NCBI GenBank assembly: GCA_965203905.1 | Contig: CBDBDQ010000005.1 | Coordinates: 4,416,001 to 4,480,000, forward strand | Source: Spirochaetia bacterium | GTDB lineage: Bacteria > Spirochaetota > Spirochaetia > SZUA-6 > Bin103 | Direction of reading: 5' to 3' | Length of the DNA: 64,000 bases | Shown: one piece after another, positions 19,328 to 29,094 of the stretch | Layout: every line of letters starts with the position of its first letter | Position numbering within the stretch: position 1 is the first letter of the stretch | The notes under the pieces: model-generated | Databases searched by the model: none | What the model was told of the DNA's origin: nothing | Seen by the model: the letters and a program-made list of their open reading frames with translations, nothing else | Program-made: the position numbers and the translations under genes

Positions 19328-20314
19328 CTACCAGAGGGTGTTCTGCCGCAGCGCCCGCGCAATCTGGTTGACGCTGATCAGCAGGACCATGTTGATGACG
19401 GTGTTGAACAGGTTGATCGCCGTCGAATAGTCGTACTGGGCCTTGATCAGCCCCACCTTGTAGATGTAGGTGGCGATGATCTCGGAGGCCTCGGCGTTGA
19501 GCAGGTTCTGCAGCAGATACGCCTTCTGAAAGCCCACGTTCATGATCTGCCCCAGGCTCAGGATCAGCAGGATCACCGCGGTCGGCATCAGCAGCGGCAG
19601 GTCGATGTGGACGATCTTCTGGCGGATGGTGGCGCCGTCGATGCGGGCCGCCTCGTACAGGGTGGGGTCGATCCCGGCGAGCACCGCCAGGTAGATGATG
19701 GCGCCCCAGCCGGCGTGCTGCCACACGCTCGACAGCACGTAGATGGTCTTGAACCAGCGCGCCTCGGCAAGAAAGTTCACCGGCTCGCCGCCGAGCAGCA
19801 CCAGCAGGTGGTTGACCATGCCGCTGACCGGCGACAGCAGCACGTAGAGCATGCCGGCGAGCACCACGATGGAGATGAAGTGGGGGGCGTACACGGCGGT
19901 CTGCACCACCCGCTTGTACGTGGCGGCGCGCATCTCGTTGAGCATCAGGGCCAGGATGATCGGCACCGGGAAGCCGAGCGCCAGCTCGTACAGGCTGATG
20001 CCGAGGGTGTTGGTGATGACGCGCCAGAACAGGAACGAGTTGAAGAACTTCTTGAAGTGGACCAGGCCGGCCCAGGGGCTGCCGGTGATGCCGAGGGTGG
20101 CGACGAAGTCCTTGAACGCCAACTGCACCCCGTACATGGGCACGTAGTGGAACAGGATGAAGTAGGCGACGGCGGGCGCCGCCAGGATCCAGAGCTGGTG
20201 CTCGCGCCGGAGCGTCTTGACGAGTCGGCCGATGCCGGTGGCCGGCCCGAGGCGGATTTCGCCCGGCGGTGTCGCGCCGGCCTGCCGGGTGGCGCCGCTC
20301 AGCGGCCCATCCAG
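19328..20314 (-). CDS. Carbohydrate ABC transporter permease (LplB-like)
   Basis: YVPMYGVQLAFK, PHFIS, LYEAARIDGA, TYIYKVG; start approximate. Confidence 0.9.
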   Translation of the reverse strand: MDGPLSGATRQAGATPPGEIRLGPATGIGRLVKTLRREHQLWILAAPAVAYFILFHYVPMYGVQLAFKDFVATLGITGSPWAGLVHFKKFFNSFLFWRVITNTLGISLYELALGFPVPIILALMLNEMRAATYKRVVQTAVYAPHFISIVVLAGMLYVLLSPVSGMVNHLLVLLGGEPVNFLAEARWFKTIYVLSSVWQHAGWGAIIYLAVLAGIDPTLYEAARIDGATIRQKIVHIDLPLLMPTAVILLILSLGQIMNVGFQKAYLLQNLLNAEASEIIATYIYKVGLIKAQYDYSTAINLFNTVINMVLLISVNQIARALRQNTLW

Positions 20315-21093
20315 CGCAGCTTTCCGGGCTCGAACACGCGCCCCGGCTCGCCGTAGTCGTTGCCGGCCAGGTCCTTGCCGCGCAGCAGGTAGACGGTGTG
20401 CCGGCCGCGCTGCCTGGTGGGGTTGAACTTCACGTCGGTGGTCATGTAGCGCATGGTGTAACCGCAGCGGCGGCGGCGACTGGTGTTGGGGCTGGAGCTG
20501 TGCATCAGCTTGGCGTGATGCACGTGACACTCGCCGGCGCGGATCGCCAGGTCGACCGCCTTGCTTTCGTCGAGCTGGTCGGGGCGGATGCGGGTGCCGA
20601 ACACGTGCTGCGAGTGGTCCACCTCCTCATACTCCGAGAAGCCGTGGTGGTGGGTGCCGGGAATCACCCGCATGCAGCCGTTCTCGGGCAGCGAGTCGTC
20701 GATCGCCAGCCACACCGTGACCACCTTGTGCTCGCTCAGGCTCACGTTCCAGTAGGCGGAGTCCTCGTGCCACGGCACCGCCAGGCCGCGCTGCGGCAGC
20801 TTGCACAGGAAGTGGCTGGCCCACAGTGCGATGTTGGGCCCGATCAGGCGCTCCACGAAGTCGAGCACCTCCTCCGCGGCCAGCCACTCGAACAGCTCGG
20901 GAAAGGCAAAGTGCGGGACGTCCATCCCCTCCGGGCGCGCATCCTCCGGCAACTGCGCCAGCATGCCGTCGAAGAAGCGTTGCAGGCGTCCGAACTTCTC
21001 TGCCGGAAAGAGCTGGTGGTGATAGACCAGGTAGCCCTGCTCGGTGAAGAAACGCAGGTCGGTGTCGGTCAGGTGTACCGGGTGTCGATCCAA
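20299..21093 (-). CDS. Phytanoyl-CoA dioxygenase (PhyH) family protein
   Basis: WHEDSAYW, VWLAID, ENGCMRVIPGTH, HSSSPNTS..RR. Confidence 0.9.
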   Translation of the reverse strand: MDRHPVHLTDTDLRFFTEQGYLVYHHQLFPAEKFGRLQRFFDGMLAQLPEDARPEGMDVPHFAFPELFEWLAAEEVLDFVERLIGPNIALWASHFLCKLPQRGLAVPWHEDSAYWNVSLSEHKVVTVWLAIDDSLPENGCMRVIPGTHHHGFSEYEEVDHSQHVFGTRIRPDQLDESKAVDLAIRAGECHVHHAKLMHSSSPNTSRRRRCGYTMRYMTTDVKFNPTRQRGRHTVYLLRGKDLAGNDYGEPGRVFEPGKLRWMGR

Positions 21094-21151
21094 CTTAGGA
21101 ATGCTCCTTATGTGCTGCTACCACAATTGGTTTCTGAGGTCAACCGGAACC

Positions 21152-21179
21152 GGTACTCGGGGGTACTCGGGGTACTCGG
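21152..21179 (+). repeat. Short tandem repeat, 3 x GGTACTCGG
   Basis: Copies at 21152, 21162 and 21171. Confidence 0.8.
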
Positions 21180-21720
21180 CGTCGGCGACCTGGCCGTCCG
21201 CCATCCCGGTCGTCTCCGGCTCATCGGAGCCCCTCGCCAGTTTCTCGGTGGCGCTCCACGGCCGTCGAACTCACCTTGAACCTAAGCACAGCCTCCCGTC
21301 CGTAAGCTGTTCTCGGGGGCTTGCTCTGCTACTCGGTTTCGCACCCAGGCGACTCAACAAATACGAGCGAAAAGCTTGTGGAAGAAAGAAAGGCGGGCTA
21401 CAGTGTCCAAACGGAGGGAGGGACACCGCAGACAACGGAGCTACGATGGAGCCGGCCACCTCCACGCCGACTTGAGCGTTGGGGCTCAGAGTGGCGCATC
21501 CAGCAACCAGGGCGGGCGCGCCACAGGCCGTTCGACAGTCGCACAGCGAACAGGGTCGAGGTCGGTCAAGACAACCCCTAATGATTCCCGGCGGCTACTG
21601 TAATCTTCTTCGCATTCATGATCTACTTGCTCTTCATGTGGTACGGCGTAGGTAGAGCTTCCCATGCGTCCCAGGCGATGATTCCTTACCCTCTGATCAC
21701 TTCGTAGGCGGTGAACGAAC

Positions 21721-22845
21721 GTGACCGACCAACGTCGCCTCTCCCAGGTGATAAGAAACCTGATCGCCCGGAAGGGCGAAGGAGTCCATTGGGACTTCAA
21801 GCGCAAGCATCAAGAACTTAGCACGGACTTGGTCCACGATGTACTCTGCCTCGCTAACGCCGAACATGTCGGCCCCCGGTTCCTGATATTTGGTGTCGAC
21901 GACGTTGACTATACGCTCCACGATATTCAAGGAAGCAAAGGGCGCAGGACCCAGGCCGACATCGCCGGCCTATTTCGTGACAATGCCGATAAGTTCTTCC
22001 AGTCGAGGTTCCCGTCGTTTCATCTGCGCGACGTACGGATTGATGGGATACTGGTAGACGTGCTGGTCATCGAGGATGAACCAAAGAAGCCTTACCACTT
22101 GATTGCAAACATCGAAAAGGTCCGGGCCCATCACGTTTACACGCGCGTATGCGATACTAACACGCCGGTCAACAGGTCCGCCCAGCCGCATGAGGTCGAA
22201 CGGATGTGGCGCGAGCGGTTCGGGCTCGATGTACCCGCACTCGAGAGAGCCAGACGGTGTCTTGAGGAGTCGGCCGCGTGGACCATACAGGAGGAGAACG
22301 GCTTCGTCTGTTGCCACCATGACGTGTTGCCTGAATTCACGCTAAGGGCGGCGAGTGCGGAGTTCCCATTAGACAGCAGTCAGGAGTGGACGCGTGGTGA
22401 GATCGCGACTGACGCCAACCATGCCAATTGGTACGAACTACGCTGTCATCAGACGGTGTTGCGTCGCATCCATTATGTGAGTTTCGACAAGCGCAAGAAG
22501 AACATTGTGGCCCCCGATTGGGAGCCGATTGGCAAAGGACGGTTCTACTTCTACAGGGCGGGCAGCGTCGAGCACGCAGTCCAGCAGTTCTGGACCGAGC
22601 GCTACGGACGGGATGACTCCGTGGGGCTACAGATTCGAGGAGACAGCGAATCCGCACGCGAGGCAAGACTGAGGTGGCGTCGCGGCCTTAGCATTCCCGT
22701 TGTCGAGTCCTGGGAGCTGGACGGATTCCTGGTCGGTCGAAGATGGCAGTCAACCCGCGGCCCCGACCCATCCACTGATCCGAACGAACAGTACGAGCTA
22801 TTCCTGCGCAATCTTCTCGATTTTGACGACTGTCGGCACGCTTAA
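21721..22845 (+). CDS. Schlafen AlbA_2-domain protein with uncharacterised C-terminal domain
   Basis: EGVHWDFK, DVLCLAN, LIFGVDD, KPY, VYTR..DTNTP. Confidence 0.82.
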   Translation: MTDQRRLSQVIRNLIARKGEGVHWDFKRKHQELSTDLVHDVLCLANAEHVGPRFLIFGVDDVDYTLHDIQGSKGRRTQADIAGLFRDNADKFFQSRFPSFHLRDVRIDGILVDVLVIEDEPKKPYHLIANIEKVRAHHVYTRVCDTNTPVNRSAQPHEVERMWRERFGLDVPALERARRCLEESAAWTIQEENGFVCCHHDVLPEFTLRAASAEFPLDSSQEWTRGEIATDANHANWYELRCHQTVLRRIHYVSFDKRKKNIVAPDWEPIGKGRFYFYRAGSVEHAVQQFWTERYGRDDSVGLQIRGDSESAREARLRWRRGLSIPVVESWELDGFLVGRRWQSTRGPDPSTDPNEQYELFLRNLLDFDDCRHA

Positions 22846-22857
22846 GAGGACTGACTT

Positions 22858-23487
22858 ATGCGGTCGGACAGAGATGCCGCGTGGATCGAGATGGCGGGAA
22901 TCGCCCGCCCGGATGGCGCACTAAGCGACGGGAAATGGGCTACGCTGAGGTACCGAGTCGACGTAGCGAGAGCGCGGCTCGCGTCCGCCGAAATGCGCCC
23001 TAACAGGAGCATGTGCCGTCTTCTCCTAGTGGGTGAAGACCACAGGATCGCTCTACATCCTGGTGTGGACCCACTTGCGCTTTGCCGGGCGTTGTGGCGG
23101 ACTTATGGGCGCGGGCGCCGCGAAGGCGGGTCCACGGTGGCTATGCAGCTAGTACGAGTGCTTACGGATCGCTTCGAGAGGAGTTGGCGGAGGAAGGCTA
23201 ACGAGATGTTCCTCGCGATACACTTGGCGCGCCATGTGCCAATCGACGAGTTGCCGGCGCTCTATCTTTCTGTAGGCTACTACGGGTGGCGTATGAATGG
23301 CTTTGTCCAAGCATGCCGCCGATTGGGTGTCGACCCGGAGATTTGTTCGCTTCAGGAGTCGGCGTCGGTGGTTGCGCGTCTCAAGTATCCGGAACCAAAA
23401 AGCTGTACGGCGTCGAGACGACTCCAGATAGCTCGAAGGTCCGAGTACCTCATGGCACGGTTGGAGCACTATGGCCGAAGGTACTAA
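22858..23487 (+). CDS. Stand-alone GT51 (peptidoglycan transglycosylase-like) domain protein
   Basis: GEDHRIALHPGVD, GGSTVAMQLVR, RKANE, LYL, ARLKYP; AGAGGA RBS; no evident TM anchor. Confidence 0.8.
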   Translation: MRSDRDAAWIEMAGIARPDGALSDGKWATLRYRVDVARARLASAEMRPNRSMCRLLLVGEDHRIALHPGVDPLALCRALWRTYGRGRREGGSTVAMQLVRVLTDRFERSWRRKANEMFLAIHLARHVPIDELPALYLSVGYYGWRMNGFVQACRRLGVDPEICSLQESASVVARLKYPEPKSCTASRRLQIARRSEYLMARLEHYGRRY

Positions 23488-24166
23488 AGCATTCGTTATC
23501 GATCCGCAGTTGGCCAAGCTAATGGGGGCGTATCCTTGCCCGCAGGACCTGCTTTCGGCCGCCGCGGCTGGGCCGCGTGAGAGGGCGATCCTCGCTCGGC
23601 TGTGGATTTCCGAAGGGATTCCGTTTGCGTTCAGTAGATGCCCGGGTGTCTATGAGGAAGTGCGCGATTCACTCGCCAAGAGACTGAGACTGGACGCGAA
23701 GCAAATCAGCATGGTCGGTAGCGGTCGGATCGGGTACTCCTTGGCACCCAAGAAGTGGGGTGAAGAGTACCGGGCAGAGTCGTCCGACCTAGATCTGTTT
23801 GCCGTGTCCGAACGGTTGTTCGAGAGATTGCGGGAGGACTTCGAACGCTGGCGCGACGACTATGCTCGTGGCGACATACAACCTAGTACGGGACAGGAAA
23901 GATTCTACTGGAACGCGAACCGAAGGGAGACGCCAATCTCCATTCAAAGAGGTTTTATCGATTCGATCCGCGTGCCGAATCGACAGCGTTACGCGGTCTT
24001 CTTGGCAATGAACAGCTGCCTCGCAGACGTCCGGCTCAAACTACTCGAGGCGGGCGAAGGTCCGAAGCCACGAAGCAGGTTGACGCTCAGGTGCTACAGG
24101 CACTGGGACTCGTGCGAACTCCAGATGACCATCAGCTTGAAAGCGGTCGTGGATTATCTGACCTAA
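23471..24166 (+). CDS. Pol-beta-superfamily nucleotidyltransferase-like protein
   Basis: VGSGRIGYS...SDLDLFAVS (hGS + DxD); GGAG RBS; overlaps upstream gene by 17 nt. Confidence 0.65.
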   Translation: MAEGTKAFVIDPQLAKLMGAYPCPQDLLSAAAAGPRERAILARLWISEGIPFAFSRCPGVYEEVRDSLAKRLRLDAKQISMVGSGRIGYSLAPKKWGEEYRAESSDLDLFAVSERLFERLREDFERWRDDYARGDIQPSTGQERFYWNANRRETPISIQRGFIDSIRVPNRQRYAVFLAMNSCLADVRLKLLEAGEGPKPRSRLTLRCYRHWDSCELQMTISLKAVVDYLT

Positions 24167-24493
24167 TCAGTTGGTTGGCATCGAGATCCTCGTGATGACC
24201 TGAAGGCGGCGGATAACAATGATGATATGATAATGAGAAGGAAGAGCCACTGGAAGCGATCCAGAATCGGCCAGGCCCTCACTGTCGCTTTGGAAGCGGC
24301 GCTGGAGGCCGGCTCGGTTCTCGCGCCGGTAGCCGGCGGTTGACGGCTTGGGCGACGGTCGGAGTGGGTCATCGCGCCGTTTGCTGGAACGGATCCGGCG
24401 CTCCCCAGATTCGATCACCTCGCTCGCGGACAGCCACTCGAACACATGCTTCTGAATAAATGGAGTCATCGCCTTGCTACGCGTTCTACGGGG

Positions 24494-25345
24494 TCATCCT
24501 GAGCAATTCCGCAGTCTCTTCAGGAGGGCTTGATAGCGATTCGCTGTTCCTGAACTCACAACCGACTCGGCCAACATCATTTCGTGTTCTTCAGATTTGT
24601 ACCGTACGTCGTAATACCCACTCAAACTGGTCCGATAAACCTCCAGATCCCCCGCTGGAGCGATCTCAGTAGCGTCTACGTATAAAATGTACTTGTACTC
24701 TCCACTCGAAAAATAGAATCCATGATTTCCTATTGTACCCTCCATGTTGTAGGTGCCATTGTCGATCACTATATCCGGCTCGCTGTCGTGTAATCTGTGA
24801 ACTTTCCATGAGGCGTAACGGTATCCGTGGTCAACACGGTCTACTCTGATACGATAGGTGCAGGTCTCCCATTCTAGAACGGGAGAGCGGTAGTCTCTTA
24901 GACTCTCGTGCAACTCACGTCTTTCCAGATCGATCAACCGATACCTCTCGCGCTCTTCGAGTTCTGACTCATAGTTTATATTGCGTATTCGACCATCACT
25001 ATCGAACCATACAAGTCCACCGTGCAGTTGAAGCCCGCGCCATCCGATCCGGCCGCATTTGTCGTTGTCTGACGAGACGATGAGCCTCACAAACTCGTCG
25101 TCAAATATCTCTCCATAGCGCTCCATAAACTCGTCACGAGAAATACTTGGAAGCGGATGCCTCCTTCGTAGCGGGAATCTAATTGCTTCCGCTAATCGAT
25201 TCTTGTCTCCATCGCGCACTAACGCAATGAATCGATTGACTATCGATACGTCATCTTCTTCTTGATCCACACAAGAATCTACTTGCGCGGGCACCATCAC
25301 CGTGCCGAGCAAGAGGAGTGGACCGATGAGCACTACGATTCTCAA
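24494..25345 (-). CDS. Hypothetical exported protein (lower GC)
   Basis: TTG at 25345 gives a signal-peptide-like MRIVVLIGPLLLLGTVMVPAQ; protein-like body (IRFPLRR, GWRG, YRYASW). Confidence 0.7.
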   Translation of the reverse strand: MRIVVLIGPLLLLGTVMVPAQVDSCVDQEEDDVSIVNRFIALVRDGDKNRLAEAIRFPLRRRHPLPSISRDEFMERYGEIFDDEFVRLIVSSDNDKCGRIGWRGLQLHGGLVWFDSDGRIRNINYESELEERERYRLIDLERRELHESLRDYRSPVLEWETCTYRIRVDRVDHGYRYASWKVHRLHDSEPDIVIDNGTYNMEGTIGNHGFYFSSGEYKYILYVDATEIAPAGDLEVYRTSLSGYYDVRYKSEEHEMMLAESVVSSGTANRYQALLKRLRNCSG

Positions 25346-25377
25346 CGGTCCGCCGAGCGTCCCACTTTGGTTCGCCT

Positions 25378-26994
25378 TTAATCGCTCAGGTGGCGGTCGT
25401 AGACCTTCTGGTAAATCTCCAGCAACCGCGGCAGGCCCATGCTGTCGAGCCGCTGCAGGTAGCCCTCCCAGTCCTCCTCGATGCCGCCGTCGACGATCCA
25501 CCTGGCGCCCATCTCCTGGGTGAACTGGTTGATCTCCGGCGCCAGGTCGGCGATCTCGTCGTTCTCCTCCTCCAGCATGTAGACCAGCGGGAAACGCACG
25601 TAGCTGGCGATGTAGGGCGCGTACTGCTCGTTGCCGGCGAACTTGTCGAGCTGGTCGGCGGTGGGCTCCATCAGGCGCATCACCTCGACCGGCAACGCAT
25701 AGATGCCCATGCCGCGCGGCACCGACTGGTTCTTCCAGCTGATGCGGCTCTCGAACCCGTCGGGGATCTCGGCGTGCACGTAGGTGCCGTCGCCCTTCTC
25801 GAGGATCTGCTTGCCGATGATCCCGAACCACGACTGCAGCGCCCAGGTCGGGTCGTACTGCAGGTCGGCCCAGCGCACCGCCGCCTGCGGGTACTCGGAG
25901 GCGCTGGTGACCGTGAACGCGTTGAGGAAGTAGCTCGGCGGATCGCCCGGCCAGCGCCGGCCCGCGGGCCCCTCCAGCGGATCCATGGTGACGTAGCCGC
26001 TGTCCACCCCCTCGCCGAACAGGTAGGCCGCGCTCCACGCCGTGAACGAGCCCAGGATCGGCGGGTCGAGCTGGCGCTGCTTGGCGGTCAGCTCGGCGTA
26101 GGAGTGGGAGAACGCCTCGATGTCGATCAGCCCCTCGGAATAGAGGCCGTGGAAGTACTCGATGCCGTCCCGGTAGGCGTCGGTGGCGGCCACGTAGATC
26201 ACCCGCGTCGGGTCGTCGCGGTCGATCGAGATGCCCATCTCCTCGCCGAGGTGGTGCTGGCGGTCGACCCCGAAGCTGCTGAACAGCGGGTACACGCCCA
26301 GCCAGCCGAAGGTACGGAAGGAGAGCGGGATCTCGTCCGCCTCGCCGTTGCCGTTGGGGTCGCCGTGCTTGAAGGCGCGCAGCACCTCGCGGTATTCGTC
26401 GTAGTTCTGCGGCATGTCGAGGCCCAGCTTGTCGAGCCAGTTCTTGTTGATGAAGAAGTGGAGCTGCGGCTCGGCGCCCGACTCCCAGATGCCGGGCATG
26501 GAGTAGATGTGGCCGTCCGGAGCCTGCATCGCAAGCCGCACCTCGGGCCGGTCTTGCAGGATGCGGTTCAGGTTCGGCGCCCACTGTGCGAGGTCGTCCT
26601 CGATCGCCCGGAACACGCCCTGCGGCGCGTGCGTGAGGATGTCCGCCGGGTCCAGCGTCTTGTGCATGAAGAACGCGTCCGGGTAGTCGCCCGAGGCGAA
26701 CAGCAGGTTCTTCTTCTCCTGGTACGCCTCCTCCTGGATCTGGCGCCACTCGACGTGGATGTTGGTCTTCTCCTCCACCATGTCGAAGAACTCCAGTCCC
26801 TCGTGCGGATAGGTCTTGTGGCCGATCACCCCCACCATCTCCAGGGTGATCTTCTCGGTAGTCACCGGGTAGCCGGAGTCGGTGTAGATGTCGGCAGCCG
26901 CCGTCCCCGTCTCCTCGGTGGCGGCGGCGAACGCGCCGCCCGCTCCCAGCGCGAGCAGGACTGCGGTACTCAGCAGCGTGCGAACCTGTTTCAT
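25378..26994 (-). CDS. ABC transporter extracellular solute-binding protein
   Basis: AGGAGGA RBS, signal peptide, EEKTNIHVEW, ASGDYPD, INKNWLDKLGL, DPNGNGEADEIP. Confidence 0.92.
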   Translation of the reverse strand: MKQVRTLLSTAVLLALGAGGAFAAATEETGTAAADIYTDSGYPVTTEKITLEMVGVIGHKTYPHEGLEFFDMVEEKTNIHVEWRQIQEEAYQEKKNLLFASGDYPDAFFMHKTLDPADILTHAPQGVFRAIEDDLAQWAPNLNRILQDRPEVRLAMQAPDGHIYSMPGIWESGAEPQLHFFINKNWLDKLGLDMPQNYDEYREVLRAFKHGDPNGNGEADEIPLSFRTFGWLGVYPLFSSFGVDRQHHLGEEMGISIDRDDPTRVIYVAATDAYRDGIEYFHGLYSEGLIDIEAFSHSYAELTAKQRQLDPPILGSFTAWSAAYLFGEGVDSGYVTMDPLEGPAGRRWPGDPPSYFLNAFTVTSASEYPQAAVRWADLQYDPTWALQSWFGIIGKQILEKGDGTYVHAEIPDGFESRISWKNQSVPRGMGIYALPVEVMRLMEPTADQLDKFAGNEQYAPYIASYVRFPLVYMLEEENDEIADLAPEINQFTQEMGARWIVDGGIEEDWEGYLQRLDSMGLPRLLEIYQKVYDRHLSD

Positions 26995-27005
26995 GGCTTC
27001 TCCTC

Positions 27006-27035
27006 CTTGATCGGACTTGATCGGACTTGATCGGA
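27006..27035 (+). repeat. Perfect tandem repeat, 3 x CTTGATCGGA
   Basis: Copies at 27006, 27016 and 27026, immediately 5' of the SBP RBS. Confidence 0.9.
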
Positions 27036-27073
27036 GCCTGTCGGGTACACCAAACCACGGGCACACCACGCCG

Positions 27074-27700
27074 TCAAGGACGTGCAGTCGGCGTGGTCGG
27101 CGTCAGGACATCCCCCGGATTACGCGGAAACCCGGCGACTCCCCGCGAGCGGTCGAACTGGTAGGTGCGCTCGCCACGCCACTGCCACTTGCGGAACGGC
27201 AGCACCTTGAAGCCGCCGCCGGCCAGCGCTGGCGATGCTCCCGGCCGGCGGCAGGCGGCTAGCGCCTCGGCGCGGAGCGCGGCAGCCGTTTCGCGTTGCC
27301 CGGCGGCGAGGTTGCGCACAGCAGCTCGCGGCCGCCGTTGGCGAAGAACAGGTACTTCCAGCGCGGGTCGCGGACCATCACCTTGAAGGCGTCGGTGCCG
27401 GGCAGCCCGTAGTAGCCAACGAGGACCTCGCGCGGCGCGGCCGCTCCCGCCACCATGCCCAGCACGTCGCGGCCTTCCCGGACTTCCGGGTGCCCGGCGG
27501 CGGTGGTGGCGATGCCGAACAGGTCGGTGAGGCACACCAGCTCGGTACGGCGCCGGTCGCGGGGCAGCCGCGCCGGCCAACTGACCAGGAACGGGATGCG
27601 GGCGCTGGCGTCGAAGAAGCTCTCCTTCTGCCAGGCGTGGTGGTCTCCGAGGTGATCGCCATCGTCGGAGAAGAAGCAAATCAGGGTGTCGTCCGCGTCC
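27074..27700 (-). pseudogene. C-terminal sulfatase remnant, 5'-truncated with frame shift/deletion near 27320
   Basis: DTLICFFSDDGDHLGDHHAWQKESFFDASARIPF and RWKY; no CxPxR N-terminus; tail continues in another frame. Confidence 0.75.
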
Positions 27701-27853
27701 GGTCGCGCCTTATGCCGAATGACGACGATCACTGGTCGACGATACAATCCGTTGGCAACGTCAGAGCCCTCGGCGCATCGGACGCGAGTAGTAGCTGTCG
27801 GCTCAAAACCTGGTGGGAGCCGGTCAGCCGTTGGCATTGGAGGAGATACTTGA

Positions 27854-28441
27854 ATGCAAGAGATCGGGTTTCGCCGAATTGTTGAATCTGGAGTCTTCGT
27901 ATGGCCATGGAAGGAGCCGCAGGGTCTGCTGGTTATGAGCGGGGCAGCAGGTGGTGGTGGTGGCGGTGGCGGAGCATTCTGTCTCGAAGGCCTGAATCTT
28001 TATGGTGCAGGCGGCGGCGGCGGCGGCGGCGGCGGCGAGGAAACCCGCGTGATACACGGGAATGCGCACTATAAGGCGGCGGGTGGGGATGGCGGAGTCG
28101 GTGGTGACGGCGGCGGTCTTCACGAGGGCAAGCCTGTCGAAGGCCAGCATGGAAGAGGGTGCCACTACGGCGATGGCGGCCATGGCGGCTACGGGGCAGT
28201 CGTACCTCCGGTCGACGGCCGCCTTGCGTCAAACGGCGGCAATGGCGGGAAGGGCTTTCCGGGAGAGACTCGGATAGTTGAACTTGCCGATCTGACTTCC
28301 GGTGATCGTTTCGAGATCAAAATCGGTAGAGGTGGCAGTGGCGGTGGTGGCGGCCAGGGGTTCGCGGCAGGCGCTGGCGGTGCCACAGGAGCCGATGGAT
28401 TCGTACTGTTTGTTCCCGTACTTTCAGAAAAGGGGAAATAG
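27854..28441 (+). CDS. Glycine-rich hypothetical protein
   Basis: GGAGGAG RBS; poly-Gly tracts; IKIGRGGSGG and GADGFV motifs resemble Gly-rich tail-fibre-type domains. Confidence 0.65.
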   Translation: MQEIGFRRIVESGVFVWPWKEPQGLLVMSGAAGGGGGGGGAFCLEGLNLYGAGGGGGGGGGEETRVIHGNAHYKAAGGDGGVGGDGGGLHEGKPVEGQHGRGCHYGDGGHGGYGAVVPPVDGRLASNGGNGGKGFPGETRIVELADLTSGDRFEIKIGRGGSGGGGGQGFAAGAGGATGADGFVLFVPVLSEKGK

Positions 28442-29094
28442 TGCTGCCTAGACGGGCCGCCGCCGGACATGCGAGCAGGCTAGACAGTCTGCCGATGGCA
28501 ATGGACTTGAAAGGATTTCGTGTTCAGGGAAACGGATGCCTACGCATCACCGAAGACCGTCACCCTCCAAGAATGACATGGAGTTCCAGTCGGCATGTCG
28601 ACAAAGTCGAAGAGACACTCCAAGCCTTGGTTGCGATGGGTGGAGCACGCAATCTCGGCGATATGCTGAATGTTGATCCTAATGAAGAAGCACACCCTGA
28701 GCGCGCCTACATGTCGCGCCTGAAGTTCCTGCAGGACGAGGCGGCACATGACGGGTACGTACTGAATCCTACTTCCGAAGTCGATTTCTGGCAGTTTGTT
28801 CGGTCCGCGCCCGACATTCGGAAAGGCAACCTGGTATTGATGGACAACGGTAACCTTAGAGCGATTTGGAAGGATGAACAGGGAACGCGCCTAGGCTTGC
28901 AGTTCCTTGGTGAAGGAATGGTGCAGTTCGTGATCTTCAAGCAGCGCAAGCAGGGACAACCGATTTCGAGGGTCAGTGGACGCGATTCTTTGGACGGACT
29001 AAAATGGATGATTGTCACCTATGAGCTCCATTCGTTGCTTTACCCAGGAAGCGCGACAGTGTACCGACAGGAGGCCACATCGTTCGTTACGTAA
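28441..29094 (+). CDS. Hypothetical protein (possible antitoxin-like partner)
   Basis: 217-aa ORF with protein-like C-half (GNLRAIWK, LGLQFLG); start uncertain. Confidence 0.55.
   Translation: MLPRRAAAGHASRLDSLPMAMDLKGFRVQGNGCLRITEDRHPPRMTWSSSRHVDKVEETLQALVAMGGARNLGDMLNVDPNEEAHPERAYMSRLKFLQDEAAHDGYVLNPTSEVDFWQFVRSAPDIRKGNLVLMDNGNLRAIWKDEQGTRLGLQFLGEGMVQFVIFKQRKQGQPISRVSGRDSLDGLKWMIVTYELHSLLYPGSATVYRQEATSFVT

Noticed and set aside
21590-21706. Hydrophobic peptide frame (VIFFAFMIYLLFMWYG) upstream of the Schlafen gene
   Set aside because: Preceded by an in-frame stop, very short and no clear RBS
21721-24166. Calling the NTase cassette CBASS
   Set aside because: The NTase is only 231 aa and no recognisable Cap effector or Cap2/3 is present
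24494-27064. 856-aa ORF as one protein
   Set aside because: Its first two-thirds is an Arg/Gly/Pro-rich alternative frame over the SBP gene; only 24494-25345 looks coding
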